From the NCBI RefSeq assembly GCF_009914755.1, contig NC_060932.1: DNA of 64,000 nucleotides; one strand, given 5' to 3'. Below the pieces are notes generated by a model, which searched no databases, had not been told where the DNA came from, and was given only the letters and a program-made list of their open reading frames with translations. The stretch is from the human T2T-CHM13v2.0 reference genome, Homo sapiens. A program made the position numbers and the translations under genes. Positions 39,867 to 53,679 of this stretch are shown here, piece after piece. How positions within the stretch are numbered: position 1 is the stretch's first letter; each line of letters begins with the position of its first letter.

Positions 39867-41760
39867 ATGTATATTTATAGCTTGATCAAATCCCTATACA
39901 TGGATGTGTTCAATAACTTTGTTGAATAAGAAATACTTAATGAATACAAATTAGTGTTAGCCCTTACCCACTATGTAGAATATGATCTCATAGGTAGAAT
40001 ATAACTGGAGCGAATTAGTTTCTTTCTATCCCAGAAGTCCACATTTTATACAAATAGATACACCTATCACTTTACAATTGTCATCATTGCTTCATCTGAT
40101 TTTGGGGAGATAGCTTCATAAAAATTAATTTGATTCATAATTGTAACTAATACTGGAAAGTGGATAATACAAAGAATCCAAGTATTTTTAGATGAATGGC
40201 TTTCAGGTTAGGAGTTTTTAATTGATGAAATTGTGTAAACCTTATGGAAACACTGAAAGATAGGTATTCTTAACTTCAATTTTTTATATGTAAAAGTCAG
40301 ATGCTGAGAGATAAATTACTTATCAAAAGTAGTAAAAAAGACAAAGATGAAGGCTACCCTCTTTCTTTTAATTATACCATAGTGTTTCCTCTGATCTGAA
40401 GAGGACAAGTTTTTAAAAGACTGTAACATGAATAATGCACTAATTATCATTTTAAACTGTGAAATTTAATTACCTAATGTAATTAAAGGCATATATTAAT
40501 TTGACCAATACTCGTTCTTGAAATTAATGGTAAATTAGATATTTAATGTGTAGTTATGTGAAAATTATTAACTTCATTTTTCAATGTCTGTTCTTTTAGA
40601 AATATCTTTGAATATTGATTAACCAAATATAGCAATATAGGCTAATGGCAACAAAAAATACAATAACTGTCATTTGTAGAAATGTAGCTACACCACAAGT
40701 TGTTGAGAACTGGTAACTGCTGAAAGGGAGTAACATCAGGATAGGTTAATGTTTGTAATATGTAATTTCAACTTCACGGTACCTTCACTCATGTTACAAA
40801 GTAGATTACAAAGGGTTTCAGCCCTTTACAATCAAGGAAGAGATGCTTTCTACCTTTGGCACCAGTTTATACATGGCCTTTAAGATGAACCATAAAGTGG
40901 AAGAGAAAATAGCCTCCAAATGGGGGTCATCTCAGTCAATGACTAAGAGGAGGAAATGGGTTTGGTCATGCACCGGCAGTCTCTGCCATAGGTTATTCTG
41001 TGGCAATTAAATACCAACTTCATTCTTTATTTCCATGGATAGGGTATACTCACCCCTCCAGAAGAGAGAAAACCTGAAATACTATCATTTAGTAATGCAT
41101 TCCATCACAGTCAAGGATGTCTAAGAAAACATGCAGTGCTTTCTAAGTCAGAATGTGGTTCCTCTTGTTCTAATCATTCTGTGATATAAAGTCCCCAAAC
41201 TAAAACTCACCAATACACTATAATATACAGGGAGATAATAAATGTAATAAAAACTTCCAATCTGAAAGGAGATGGGAAGCTTTTTAGCAATTCCATAAAG
41301 CTACTGGAATTTTCTGGGGGGGGCCTTGGGGTCCCTTACCTGACAGTTGGTGGTGTTCTCTGATTATGACTGTTTCTGTTATTTGAAAGGAACTCTCTAT
41401 TTTTTAAAATAAGCCTTGGCATTTTTCTTTAGGGAGGACAGTGAGTCTTCTTGGGTGACATTTGAGATGGGTCTTGGATGCTGTAGATCTTTCTTAAATA
41501 GTCAGACTTTTAGAAACCGGACTTGTGGGTCCTTTGACAATATAATATCCCCGAGAACTTAATGGGCTCCTAACCTATTTGTTCCCAGTCAGTTCTTTGT
41601 GCTCGTAACCATATATAAATATTTATTAAATCTGCATAATTTCTTTTCATCCTTTCCCAATTCTCTTAATGGCTGCTACCTTAAGGCTACCCACATTAAA
41701 TGGAAAACCTAAAAGCCTGGGCCTTAATAAGCCCTTGCTGTTTTCTTAAACTTATTTTCT

Positions 41761-42186
<426 letters not shown>

Positions 42187-42399
42187 CTAATTGTCTTTGA
42201 ATTTTTCTCTTTCTTGATAAATATAGCTGATAATTGTCAACATACACATCTACCATTTACCCTGGAGCTCCTGGTATGGACATCCTTCCAGGTTATTGCA
42301 GGCGATGATGACACAAAAGGTTTCGCCTCAGTGTGACATAGATCACCAACTTCATACGGGAGTCCTCTGGAATCCAGGTCTACTCCTCTGTCATTCTTA

Positions 42400-43045
42400 G
42401 GATTGTTCCTTTTCCAGTGTTACTAATGTTACCTGTCTTCCGGGGTTCTTTTTCTGAGTAAATAGCACAACCATGCATCAAATATCTGAGAAAAGAATCA
42501 GACATTCCTAGCTATTTCTGAGCATACACATTAACTTTTATTAATCATGAATTCTTTTTTATTGTATCTCCTTAATATCTCTTGAAGCCACTCACTTCTC
42601 TTATCCTCACAGAAAAAATCCTTCTAACTGGTATTGATTAATTTTGGCTTTATTCCTTAGCAAATATGCAAATAGGATCACATCATTGCTCCTCAAAATT
42701 GTTCCTGTTACCTTCAAGATAAATTGCAAATTATTTAGTATAGCATTCAAATTATTGTTGAGTATCCAGACCCCAGTACTCTCTTTCTTACTTAGAATCA
42801 TTCCCCAAATTATGTTCCAACCTTTCGCCATTGCTCCTGGAGGCTGTTTTCTATCTCTCTCTTTTTTTTTATCTCTCCCATGATACCATCTTGCACATTG
42901 TTTCTTGTTCTCCTGTTTGTCTCCTAAACAAAACTTGTCAGATCCTTGAGAACAACTGCAGGGTTTTATTTGTGTTTTCATCACCAGTTCTTAATATATT
43001 TCCAGGAGCACTATTGACACTCAATACTGTTCGCTGAATTATTAA
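42400..43045 (+). mobile_element. L2 3' fragment
   Basis: Pyrimidine-rich body ending GATCCTTGAGAACA...CACTCAATACTGTTCGCTGAAT. Confidence 0.6.
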
Positions 43046-44284
43046 ATGGGACAAGTACTAGATACTAACTACTCTCCACCTCCCCTCCTTCAGTACCCCA
43101 AGTACTGCAGGGAGCAGTGGACATCTCTCCAATGCAGGGATCATTGTAAGCATCTTAAAAATGCACTGGGTGCACTGGTGCCTTAAGGCATGTATTTCAG
43201 AACCAAGTTTTAAGCATCTCAGAACCTCAAGGATATTTTGAAGTATACATTGATGCTAATACTTGAAAATATCTATATCGGTGTGTGACAAATAGATCCT
43301 GAAATAAGAACTTTGTGGAAGAATAGCAGCAGCAAAGAGAAACTTTAGTTTTCCTTATTCCTACTGAAGAAGAGGGAAGGGGGATTAGAGGCTTCCAGTA
43401 CCTGAAAAGAACAAAGGTTTCTCTACCTTCCTTTTTTTCTTTTCTCTCTAAAAATTATGAGTGCACCTTTAGAGGTTAGTGAGCATGTGGGAGATGTAGC
43501 TGTGGGAAATACAAATACTAGGCCTGAGCATACAACTTATATTTCTAGAAGAGATGTATTAAAAAAGAAACAAAATACACACCTCCCCGTCTTTTTCCTG
43601 TTTTACACAGAGAATTTTGCATATTCATTAACTCATTCATTTTCAAAGTCCAAATTAAGGTGTGAATCACATAGACAAGGAACCATTTGTTATCATCTAC
43701 CAAATTATAATTAATTTTTGACTCTACCCTTAGTGAGTTCAAATGGGATAATAGATTAACAAGTGTCTGAATTAAAAGTGATAATCAATTATCACATTTT
43801 CAGACTACCTGTAAGTATTTACTGATAAAATAAATATTGGAGAAAAATTGGTGTGGATTTGGAGTAATTTGCTTTATTCACAATATTATTTTCTCAGAGC
43901 AAAATGACGATGGAAAAGAATTGTAAAATTTACTTACTGGTGCATGTGTTACAAAAAATATATATTAAATTTCAATATTAGTTTCTCAATTCCTAGTAGA
44001 GCTCTGATTATTTCATAGAATAAAAAGGATTGTAAAATGAAAGAAGTGTTCTCATGAGAACTCTTCTACTTTTTATTAAATATTTCTTGAGCACTTACTG
44101 GATAACAAACTCAATACTACATTTCAGTGATGCACAGATGGGTCAGGGTATGGAATTGTCATGCAATTTCAATTTTGTGAGTGCTTACTATAAAACAGTG
44201 AAGAAGATGAAGTTAAGCAGATGATATAAGAAGAACTTTTGAAGTCCTTCTTGTTCCAAGTTCTACAGTGAGGCTTCATTATAT

Positions 44285-45333
44285 TTTTAATTAAAATCTT
44301 TATTGAGATAATTATAGATTCACATGCAGTTGTAAGAAACAATACAGAGAGGTCTCTGTACACTTTGCCTGGTTTCCCTCCAAACATTTTTGCAAGCATT
44401 TGTAGTATAATATCTCAACCAACATATTGACATTGATACAATTCATCAGTGCTAAACCTGTTTCCCCGCTTTTAGCTGTACTTGTGTCTGTGTGTGTGGG
44501 TATGTGTAGATGAGAACTACATTTTATACAATTTTATCACTTGTTCAGGCTCGTGTATCTGCTACCACAGTCAAGGTATTAAATAAATCTAACAGCATAA
44601 GGATCTTTTCAATTTCTCTTTTTAATCACACCCATTTTTCCAACCCTCCTCTCCATCCTAACCCCTGATAACCACAAATCTGTTTTCCATGTGTATAATT
44701 TTGTCATTTCAAGAAGGTTATATAAATGGAATCCTACAGTATATAACTTTTTTGGACTGGCTTTTTTACATCCAGTATAATTCCCTTGATATTCATCCAA
44801 GTTATTTTGTTCTTGCCTTTTTGTTGCTGGCATGGATATACCAGTTTCCTTAACCATTCAACCATTAAGGAAATTTGGATTGTTTTAAAGCATTGGCCTA
44901 TTAGACAAAAAAAAAATCTTCTAAATAGGTTTTTGTGTGGGCGTACATTTTTGTTTCTCTGGGATAAATGCCCAAGAGTAAAATTGCTGAGTAAATTTGC
45001 TGAGTATATGATTGGTATTATGTTTAGTGTTTAGAAAAACTGCCTGCCAGATTATTTTCCAGAGTGGCTTGATCATTTAATAGCACCAATAGCAATGTGT
45101 AAGTGACCAGTTTAAATCTTCACCAGCACTTGATATTGTCACTACTTTTTTATTAGAGCCATTATGATGGTTGTGTAGTAATATCTCATTTTGATGTTAG
45201 TTTGCATTTTCTTGATTGCTAATGATGTTGAGCATATGTTCATGTGCTTATTTGCCTGTCTTAATCGGTAAGTTTCTGCATATCTTTGGCCATTTGCTAA
45301 TTGTATTTTCCTTTGTTGTAGAATCCTGAGATT
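44285..45333 (-). mobile_element. L1MC/L1MD-type 3' end
   Basis: TTATTGAGATAATTATAGATTCACATGCAGTTGTAAGAAACAATACAGAGA; ATAAATGGAATCCTACAGTATATA. Confidence 0.8.
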
Positions 45334-47076
45334 TATATATCTTGCAAATATTGCAAGTTCAGTTCCAGATCACTACAGAAAAATCAATATCACAATAAGT
45401 GATTCACATGAATTTTTTTGGTTTTCTAGTGCATGTAAAAGTAATGTTTACACTATACTGTAATATATTAAGGTGCAATAGCATTATATCTAAAAATAAT
45501 GTACATATCTTAAATTTAAAATACTTTATTGTTAAAAAAAAAATCATCATCTGAGCCTTCAGTGAGTTATAATCTTTTATTGGTGTTGGTTCTTGCCTTG
45601 AAGTTGATGGCTGCTGACTAATCAGGGTGGTGGTTGCTGGAGGTTAGGGTGGCTGTGACAGTTTCTTAAAATAAGACAACAGTGGAATTTTCCACCTCAA
45701 TTGAGTCTTCCATTGATGAAAGATTTCTCTGTAGCACACAATGGTGTTTGATAGCATTTTAACCACAGAACTTCTTTCAAGATTAGAGTCAATGATCTCT
45801 AATTCTGCCACTGCTTTATCAGTTAAGTTTATGTAATATCCTAAATTCTTTGTTGTCACTTCAACAGTGTTCACAGCATCTTTATCAGGAGTAGATTCCA
45901 TCTTAAGAAACTGCTTTCTTTGCCCACCATAAAAAGGAAATTGTAGCAACTCAGCCACATCTTCAGGCTCCATTACTAATTCTAGTTTTTTTGTGTGTGT
46001 GATTTCTACCACATCTGCAGTTATATCTTTCACTAGACTCTTGACCCTAGATGGCATCTTCTTCCAGTATAAGGTAGGTTTGGTTTACATTGAAAATATA
46101 TTGTTTAGTGTAGCCACTTCCATTAATTATTTTAGCTAGACCTTCTGGATAACTTGCTGCAGCTTCTAACTTAGCACTTGCTGTTTCACCTTGTAATTTT
46201 CTGTTACAGAGATGACTTATTTCATTAAACCTAATGAACAAACTTAAGCTACCTTGGAACCTCTTCTCCAGCTTCCTCATCACTCTTAGCCTTCATGGAA
46301 CTGAAGAGCATTAGGGCCTTGCTGTAGATGAGGCTTTGGCTTAAGGGAATGTTGTTGCTGATTTGATTTCTATCTAGACCACTCAAACTTTCTCCATGTC
46401 AGCAATTGGGCTATTTCACTTCTAAAAAGTCATGCTTACGTTCACTGAAGTAGCTATTTTAATTTTCTTCAAGAACTTTTCCCTTGCATTCACAACTCAG
46501 CTAACTGGCGCAGGGGGTCTAGCTTTAGGCTTATTTCAGTTTCAACACGCCTTCCTCACAAAAGTTAATCACTAGCCTTTGATTTAAATTGAGAGACATA
46601 CAATTCTTCTTTTCACCTGAACACTTAGAGGCCATTGTAGGGTTATTAATCATTCTAATTTCAATATTGTTGTGTCTCAGGGAATAGAGAGGACCAAAGA
46701 GAGGAAGAGAGATGTGGGAATAGCCAGTGGTGGAGCACTCAGAACATGCACAACATTTATCAATTTTTAAAGTTTGCTGTCTTACATGGGTGCAGATCAT
46801 GTTGTTCCAAAATAGTTACAATAGTAACATCAAAGATCACTGATCACAGATCCCCATAACAGATATAATACTAATGAAAACATTTGCAACAGTCAGAGAC
46901 TTACCAAAATATGTGACACAGACACAAAGTGAGCACATGCTATTGGAAAAGTGGTGCCAATAGATTTGCTCAACACAACATTGCCACAAACCTTCAATTT
47001 GTTAAAAATAAATAAATAAACCATAAGTATCTGCAAAGCTCAATAAAGCAAAACACAATAAAAAGAGGTGTTCCTG
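45334..47076 (-). mobile_element. Tigger1 DNA transposon, internally deleted (about 1.74 kb)
   Basis: Transposase pieces MASKCSGEKKNCMSLNLNQRL, EAAASYPEGLAKIINGSGYTKQYIFNV, ITADVVEI; degenerate TIRs at both ends. Confidence 0.92.
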
Positions 47077-47784
47077 TTTGAGTTGCTGGAAGGAAGACAT
47101 TGAAATCCCCAATTATAATTGCTATTTCTCCTTTCAGTTCTATTAGGTTTTGTTTTATTTGCCTTGGGACTTTGTTGATCAAGGTGTAAATATTTAAGAT
47201 CATTATGTCTTGCTGTTCCCTTTATCCTTATGCAATAATGTCTCTCGGTCTCTAGTTACTTTCTTTGCTCTTAAGTCTACTTTTAATGATATTAATATAA
47301 CTACTACTGTTGCTTTCTTTTGATTAATGTTTGAATAGTCAACCTTTTTCTACCCTTTTACTTTCAACCAATCAATATGATTAAATCGAAAGTGACTTTA
47401 TTGAATGCAGCATATATTTGGGTCTTATTTCTGGTGAGAAATTTATTATGTCCCCTTATAGGTAAATAATCACTTCTCTCTTACTGCCTCTACATTTTTC
47501 TTTGTTGTTAGTATATTCTTTAGGTTGAAGTATGATGTACCTTAGCGTGGATTTATTTTCGTTTATATTATATGGGACTTTTTCAGTTTCAGTTATATTA
47601 GACCTGAAGGTTTGTCCCTTGCACCAGATTTGGGAAGATTTCTGTTATTATTTATCTGATAATGAAGACATTTCAGCCTTGCTATCTTAGTCTTCTCTTT
47701 ATGGGACTCTGATGATAGGGCTTTTAGATCTTTTGTTCTGTCTTACAGTCCCTGAGTCTCTCTGTTCATTTTGTTGTTGTTGTC
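47077..47784 (-). mobile_element. Old L1M ORF1/ORF2-start remnant
   Basis: Minus translation IKQNLIELKGEIAIIIGDFN matches the L1 endonuclease region. Confidence 0.7.
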
Positions 47785-47794
47785 TATTTACTTT

Positions 47795-48661
47795 ATTTTT
47801 TTAATTTTATTTTTTATTTTAAGTTCTGGGGTACATGTGCACAATGTGCAGGTTTGTTACACAGATAAATGTGCACCATGGTGGTTTGCTGCACCTATCA
47901 AACCATCATCTAGCTATTAAGCCCAGTGTGCATTAACTGTTTTTCCTAATGCTCTCCCTTCCACCACCCCACCCCCGGAAAGGCCTCCATGTATGTTGTT
48001 CCCGTCCCTGTGTTCATGTGTTCTCATTGTTCAGCTACCACTTGTAAATGAGAACATTCAGTGTTTGGTTTTCTGTTCCTGTGTTAGTTTGCTGAGGATA
48101 ATGGCTTCCAGCTCCATTCATGTCCCTCCAAAGGATATGACCTTGTTCCTTTTAATGGCTGCATAGTATTCCATGGTATATATGTACCACATTTTCCTTA
48201 TCCAGTCTATCATTGATGGGCATTTGGGTTGAGTCCTTGTCTTTGCTATTGTGAATAGTGCTGCAGTGAACATACAGGTGCATGTATCTTTGTAATAGAA
48301 TGATTTATATTCCTTTGTTTATATACCCAGTAATGGGATTGCTGGGCAAAGCACATGGACAGACATTTCTCAAAAGAAGACATTCATGTGAGCAAGAAAC
48401 ATATGAAAAAATGGTCAACATCACTGATCACTAGAGAAATGCAAATCAAAACCACAATGAGATGCCATCTCATGCCGGTCAGAATGGTGATTATTAAAAA
48501 GTCATGAAACAACAGATGCTGGCGAGGCTGTGAGAAAGAGGAAAACTTTTACACTCTTGGTGGAAATGTAAATTAATTCAACCATTGTGGAAGATGGTGT
48601 AGCGATTCCTCAAAGATCTAGAACCAGAAATACCATTTGACTCAGCAATCCCATTACTGGA
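47795..48661 (-). mobile_element. L1PA7/8-like insertion with 5' inversion (twin priming)
   Basis: Antisense 3' end 47795-48346, then sense ORF2 segment to about 48661; TSD TATTT(A/G)CTTT at 47785 and 48662. Confidence 0.88.
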
Positions 48662-48671
48662 TATTTGCTTT

Positions 48672-48930
48672 CTACTATTGAGATTTGATTTATTGCAATT
48701 TTCTAATCTCAAGTTTTTTACTGGATACTTTGTCATCTCCACTCTACTATGGAACCCATCCAATAAGTTTTTATTTGTTTTTTTTTTTAGTTTTATATTT
48801 TCCATTTGGTTCTTTTTGCCTTCTATTTCTTTGCTGAGTGCTTTCTCTAGCTGCTTATTTTTGTCAGGGTACCAATTATCTTGCTTATCAATGTCAGATT
48901 TGCTTGAGGTTGCCACAGGAATTGCTGTTC
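48672..48930 (-). mobile_element. Continuation of old L1M ORF1 remnant
   Basis: Minus translation KEIEGKKNQMENIKLK...LLDGFHSRVEMT is ORF1 coiled-coil-like. Confidence 0.65.
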
Positions 48931-48967
48931 AGCCCAGGGGGAAAATGAGCTTATGTGGGTTGTCTTA

Positions 48968-49358
48968 TTTTTTTGTTTGTTTTTTTGTTCTTCATTTTTA
49001 ATGTGTGTGGGTACATAGTAGGTGTATATATTTATGAAGTACATGAGATGTTTTGACACAGCATGCAATACGTAATAGTCACATCATAGAGAATGGGGTA
49101 TACATCCTCTCAAGTATTTATGCTTTGTGTTACAAACAATCCAATTATACTATTTTAGTTATTTCAAATCTACAATGAAACTGTTACTGACTGTAGTCAC
49201 CCTGATGTGCTATCAAATACTAGGTCTTATTTGTACTATTTGTTTGTACCCATTAGCCATCCCCATCTCCCCTCACCACCCGCACTATCCTTCCCATCTT
49301 CGGATAACCATCCTTATACTTTCTATCTCCATGAATTCAATTGTTTTGATTTTCAGAT
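48968..49358 (-). mobile_element. L1MA2/3-like 3'UTR fragment
   Basis: GGGTACATAGTAGGTGTATATATTTATG...TTACAAACAATCCAATTATAC; TSD CTTATGTGGGTT(G/T)TCTT at 48950 and 49359. Confidence 0.85.
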
Positions 49359-49979
49359 CTTATGTGGGTTTTCTTCTATTGCTAGGTGTGGGTGTTGGGA
49401 AATGATGAACCTCTCTGCATTTCTCCTATAGAGTGAGAGAATATATGACTCTCGGCCATTGTGCTGTTTCTTGGGTCTTGGGTTCCCAAACCGGTTTGCT
49501 TTCCACTTTCCAGCTTTCAGAGCTCTCTCTTGATTGCCACATGCACTACAAAAAGAGTTTATCATTGTGCTTAGTGTGAAGGAAATGCATCTACTCCATA
49601 TTGTTTGATCTAGTATTTCTTCATTTTATTTTAAACATTGTTTAACTTCCAAATATTGAATCTACTTATATCTGGTTATAATCCTAGAATATATTTCAAG
49701 CCCCAAAGCAACTGTTATTTTAAAGTCCATACCATTGCCCCAATCGTATAGTAGAAAACAATATATATAAAGTTCATTTTTAGTCTTCTTGTGAATCAGT
49801 GCTTTGCAAGCAACTTAATTCTTTTTTTAATATGGGTACATAATTTATATTTTTAAACAAATAAAGGCATAACTTGCTGTGTCTTCAAACATTATACTTG
49901 CTGAGTAAGGATAACCTTAAAATGAGTTATTTTCACAGTAGGCTTAGCTTAGCCCCTCCTCTCTTTGTTCTCTAGAATC

Positions 49980-50180
49980 TTTCACAACCCCATTAAAGCA
50001 TGCATTGATTTTGCACTTGGGCTTTTATTTTGTTTGTTTGTTTAGAAGTCTATCTTTTCCACTAAAATAGGAGTTCCTTATAAAATAGGCTGTTACTTAA
50101 ATCACCTTCGTGTCCACATCACTCTAATTTTGCAAAGTGCCTTACATATAAAACCTGCAAATGAATGATTGCTGAATAAA
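49980..50180 (+). mobile_element. L2 3' tail
   Basis: CCACTAAAATAGGAGTTCCTT...AAAGTGCCTTACATATA...GCTGAATAAA. Confidence 0.55.
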
Positions 50181-52686
50181 CATAGAATAAAAATGCAGAA
50201 TATTAGAGAGTTTCATCAGAGATGAGGAAAAAGTAAAATCTTCTACTGCTTCATAGACACTGCAACAATATTTTGTTATTTGCATATCTCTCTTTTATAG
50301 AATCAGACTCTTAGTTCAATTTAAAATTTGAGATATGAGACTTCTACTCTTTTCATACAAACTGATTTCTTACGATCGATTGATGAGGAAGCATGTGTTC
50401 CTAACCCAGAACAAACTTGTTAATAGGATCTTTTAGCATCTAAGATAGGAAAGGGAAGGACATAAATAAACATATTTACCACCTTAAGGCGTATTTACAA
50501 AAGCAGTCTCTAAGGATAACTAACTTCTTATGATTTTCTTACACAAAGGATTTTGATATTTAAGTAAATATGGATACTGTTAATATACCCAAGGATTTGG
50601 AATTCTCTGGAAGACATACCAGGAAATGCTACTTTCCAGTTACTAAAGATCATGGAGGACCTATCCTTCACAACTCAAATGATAAAAATCTGGCAAGAGT
50701 GTAGTAGATGAGGAATCAACAGTTGATGACACAAGATAAAAGAAAAATGCCATATTTTTCCTTACTGCTCATCCCAACATTTTTGTGTTACTCCAATTAT
50801 CTAGCTTTAGTAGTCATTTGGTTTTAACTTTAGGGAAATGAAGTGGCACTATACATAGAGTTAGCAGTGGTATTCCCCCAGACTGCTATATATTTTACAT
50901 GTAAAATTTCTGATATTGTTAAATGTCAAACAATAAAAGTTAGTTTCTCAAAAGGGAAATGAACTTATTCTTTTAATAGTAATTCTGAACACTAAAGATT
51001 TTTGATAGTTATCTTGAGAGCAAGAGAATCACAGAAACTAAGCATGAATAAATCTCAGATTATTCTCAGTTCACAAAGAAAACAAACTGCTTCCACCAAA
51101 ATAATAACTAAGACAAGATAGACGATTAGTCTCTAAATGGCAGTCTATTAGTTAAACAGTTACATTTGTAGTCGAATATTTTCAGCAGTATCTTCTGATT
51201 GTTATTTATTACAGCTGCAAAACCTGTCAAAGGCTTTTAGGGCATGAAATATGATGTAAGTTTGACAATATATAATTTATATAGAAAATACTTCTGGAGA
51301 AAACAAGGAGAAGGATGTTTATAGAGGTGATCTTGTGTGACAGCAATATATCTTAAAATATTTGAGATTCATAGCAATTTTCTTCCCATGTCAAATACTT
51401 CATTTTTACTCGAGTGCTTGTTTTTAAAAATCATCAAGCTTTCCTGTGCTGGAAAAAGCCAAGGGGCACTAATACGAAACTGGAATACTTCAGAATATGT
51501 TGTTTATTATACTAACAAATTTATTATCAGAAAAGCATGGTACAAATGAAAATTAATAATGTCCAAATGAAATTTCATTTCCCTGTTGTGAGATGGAAGC
51601 TGCAAGTGAACTCTGGAGAAGCATGACTTATGCAAAATAAGAGAGAAAAAATTAATCAAGGTGTAATTAACTGAAATTTGCATCAATTAAGTGACTTGGA
51701 AGGTACTCGATAGGAACAAAACCCAGTTACATAACCACTGAATTAATATGGCTTGCTTTAAATATGAAGAAAATGTTTTGTGTTTCAAAAGCAGTTTTAA
51801 AACTAGCATGCATTTCTTTGGAATTAAATCATTCTAATTTGCTAAGCCATTAATTATCTTGGTAGTTTTGCTCTAATATCTTTTCAAGAATCATGTAAGT
51901 TCCTTGAAAATGACACACCAGAATATCATCATAGAGGTCTCTAATATAACTGTTCTTTTGTCTGGATTGTGATTAAATATGATGGCAGTGAGTGATACTG
52001 ATGAATGTTATGTTAAATAAAAAATCTCTGACAACCCTTGATGAATTCAGTGTTCCACTGTTGTTGAAGTTGTTTTCCATACACTATATGGAAGTATTTT
52101 TCTAAGAACCAAGAATAGTCGTTATTTTGCTGAGTAGATTATAAGTAATCCACATATATTGCAAATATAAAGTAGCCTTGAACTTCCAAACAAATGAAAA
52201 GGGTGGGTACTCTCTCAAAAGATAAAAATGAATAAAAAGAAAAGTTGGGCTAAAATACAAGAGAAATATCTCTGTCATGTATAAACAAAAGGGAAATGGA
52301 AAACAGTCATAGGGTGAAGACCACTAGTCTGCGAGGTGCAAGATTAGACGGTTTAATATTTCTGTGATGATGCCAGACAAAGGCACATGTCCAGGCTCAC
52401 TGTTTGAAGAAGAGTTGGGTGAAGATACCCAGCTTATGAAAAGAGGCTGAAGAAATTATTGGAAAAATGCTACCTTAAATAGACTGCTACCAAACTACAA
52501 CAACACAGACATAACTTTAAAATGAACTGAACTTGACCCCACACTGACTCAGAGATTATATCACAATATCTCAGTATCACTGTGGCCTGTGGCCTGAGTC
52601 TCGAACTGACTTCATAAATGTGGTTCTGGTTCTACACTGGAAGCTCTAATAGCTGAGTAGAAGGAACTGTAAAACTATAAACAGGA

Positions 52687-52788
52687 CGGGTCGATGGGTA
52701 CTGCAAAACACCATGGTACGCATATACCTATGTAACAAAGCTGCACTCCTGCACATGTACCCCAGAGCTTAAAGTATAATTTCAAAAA
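52687..52788 (+). mobile_element. Very short (about 100 bp) L1PA7-like 3' end insertion
   Basis: CGGGTCGATGGGTACTGC...ATACCTATGTAACAAAGCTGCAC...TTAAAGTATAAT plus poly(A); perfect 16-bp TSD AAAACTATAAACAGGA (52671, 52789). Confidence 0.92.
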
Positions 52789-53679
52789 AAAACTATAAAC
52801 AGGATAAAACTGGAAAATCTAGTAGATTTGGCCACAGTACTTTAGCTATGTAACAAAAACAATAAATAGTAACAATGAAAATGATCATAATTTTGACATA
52901 TTGAAAACACAACTCTATTATATTAATCTGGATATGAATCTATTTATAAAAGCGCACGTTTGCTTTCATTTTTTTAAAAAAACTTTTATATACATCCAAA
53001 AGGAACACTTTTGGTTTATTGTCAGGTTTTTATTACTGAACTGTTATCCTAGAACAGCATATTGGAGTTAAGAATTTTTGAAGTGAAACAGCTCTTGGTG
53101 ATGGCAATATCCAAAATGTTACCCTAAGAATAGGTGGATATAGAAGAATGAAGGTGAAAGCTGCTAACATCAAGGAGGTCAAAAAGGAAAATGCGTAGAC
53201 AATTGGATGAAGTGACTCTGATTATTATGGACTTGCTTATGATGGTGACAAAAATGTGACTGGAGAGAAAAACAATGAATGCATTATTAATTTTCCTATG
53301 ATTATGTTTGATTTCCCAGGAGGTCAGATCATGACAGCAGTAAGGAGGAGAGAAGGAAGCCAAGAATTCCTTGGTGTTTAAATCAAATTCGCCATTATGA
53401 CTAATCTCTGATAATTACTTTATTAATTCATTCATTTACTCAAAACATTTAGTGAGAACAGTCTAAGAGTGGTTTACTTTTCTAATTTTACCTCTGCTTG
53501 AAAAATGATGTACATTTTTCAAGAAAATATAAAGACTTTTCTTTGTAAAGTAACAATTCTTTTGTAGTTTTCTACACTTAATAGAGAGTCCCAGAATTTA
53601 TTCATTTTACCCTTACTTTCTTCTAGTTACACTCAGCTCTTTTATAATCTCCTCTATTGCCATGTTTGTAAGTATCACC

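Noticed and set aside
40700-41750. Possible ancient LTR or internal remnant with higher GC
   Set aside because: I could not match it to a family or define termini with confidence.
45644-46800. Tigger transposase ORFs as a domesticated TIGD-like gene
   Set aside because: They are fragmented across frames, with stops and a deleted DDE domain.
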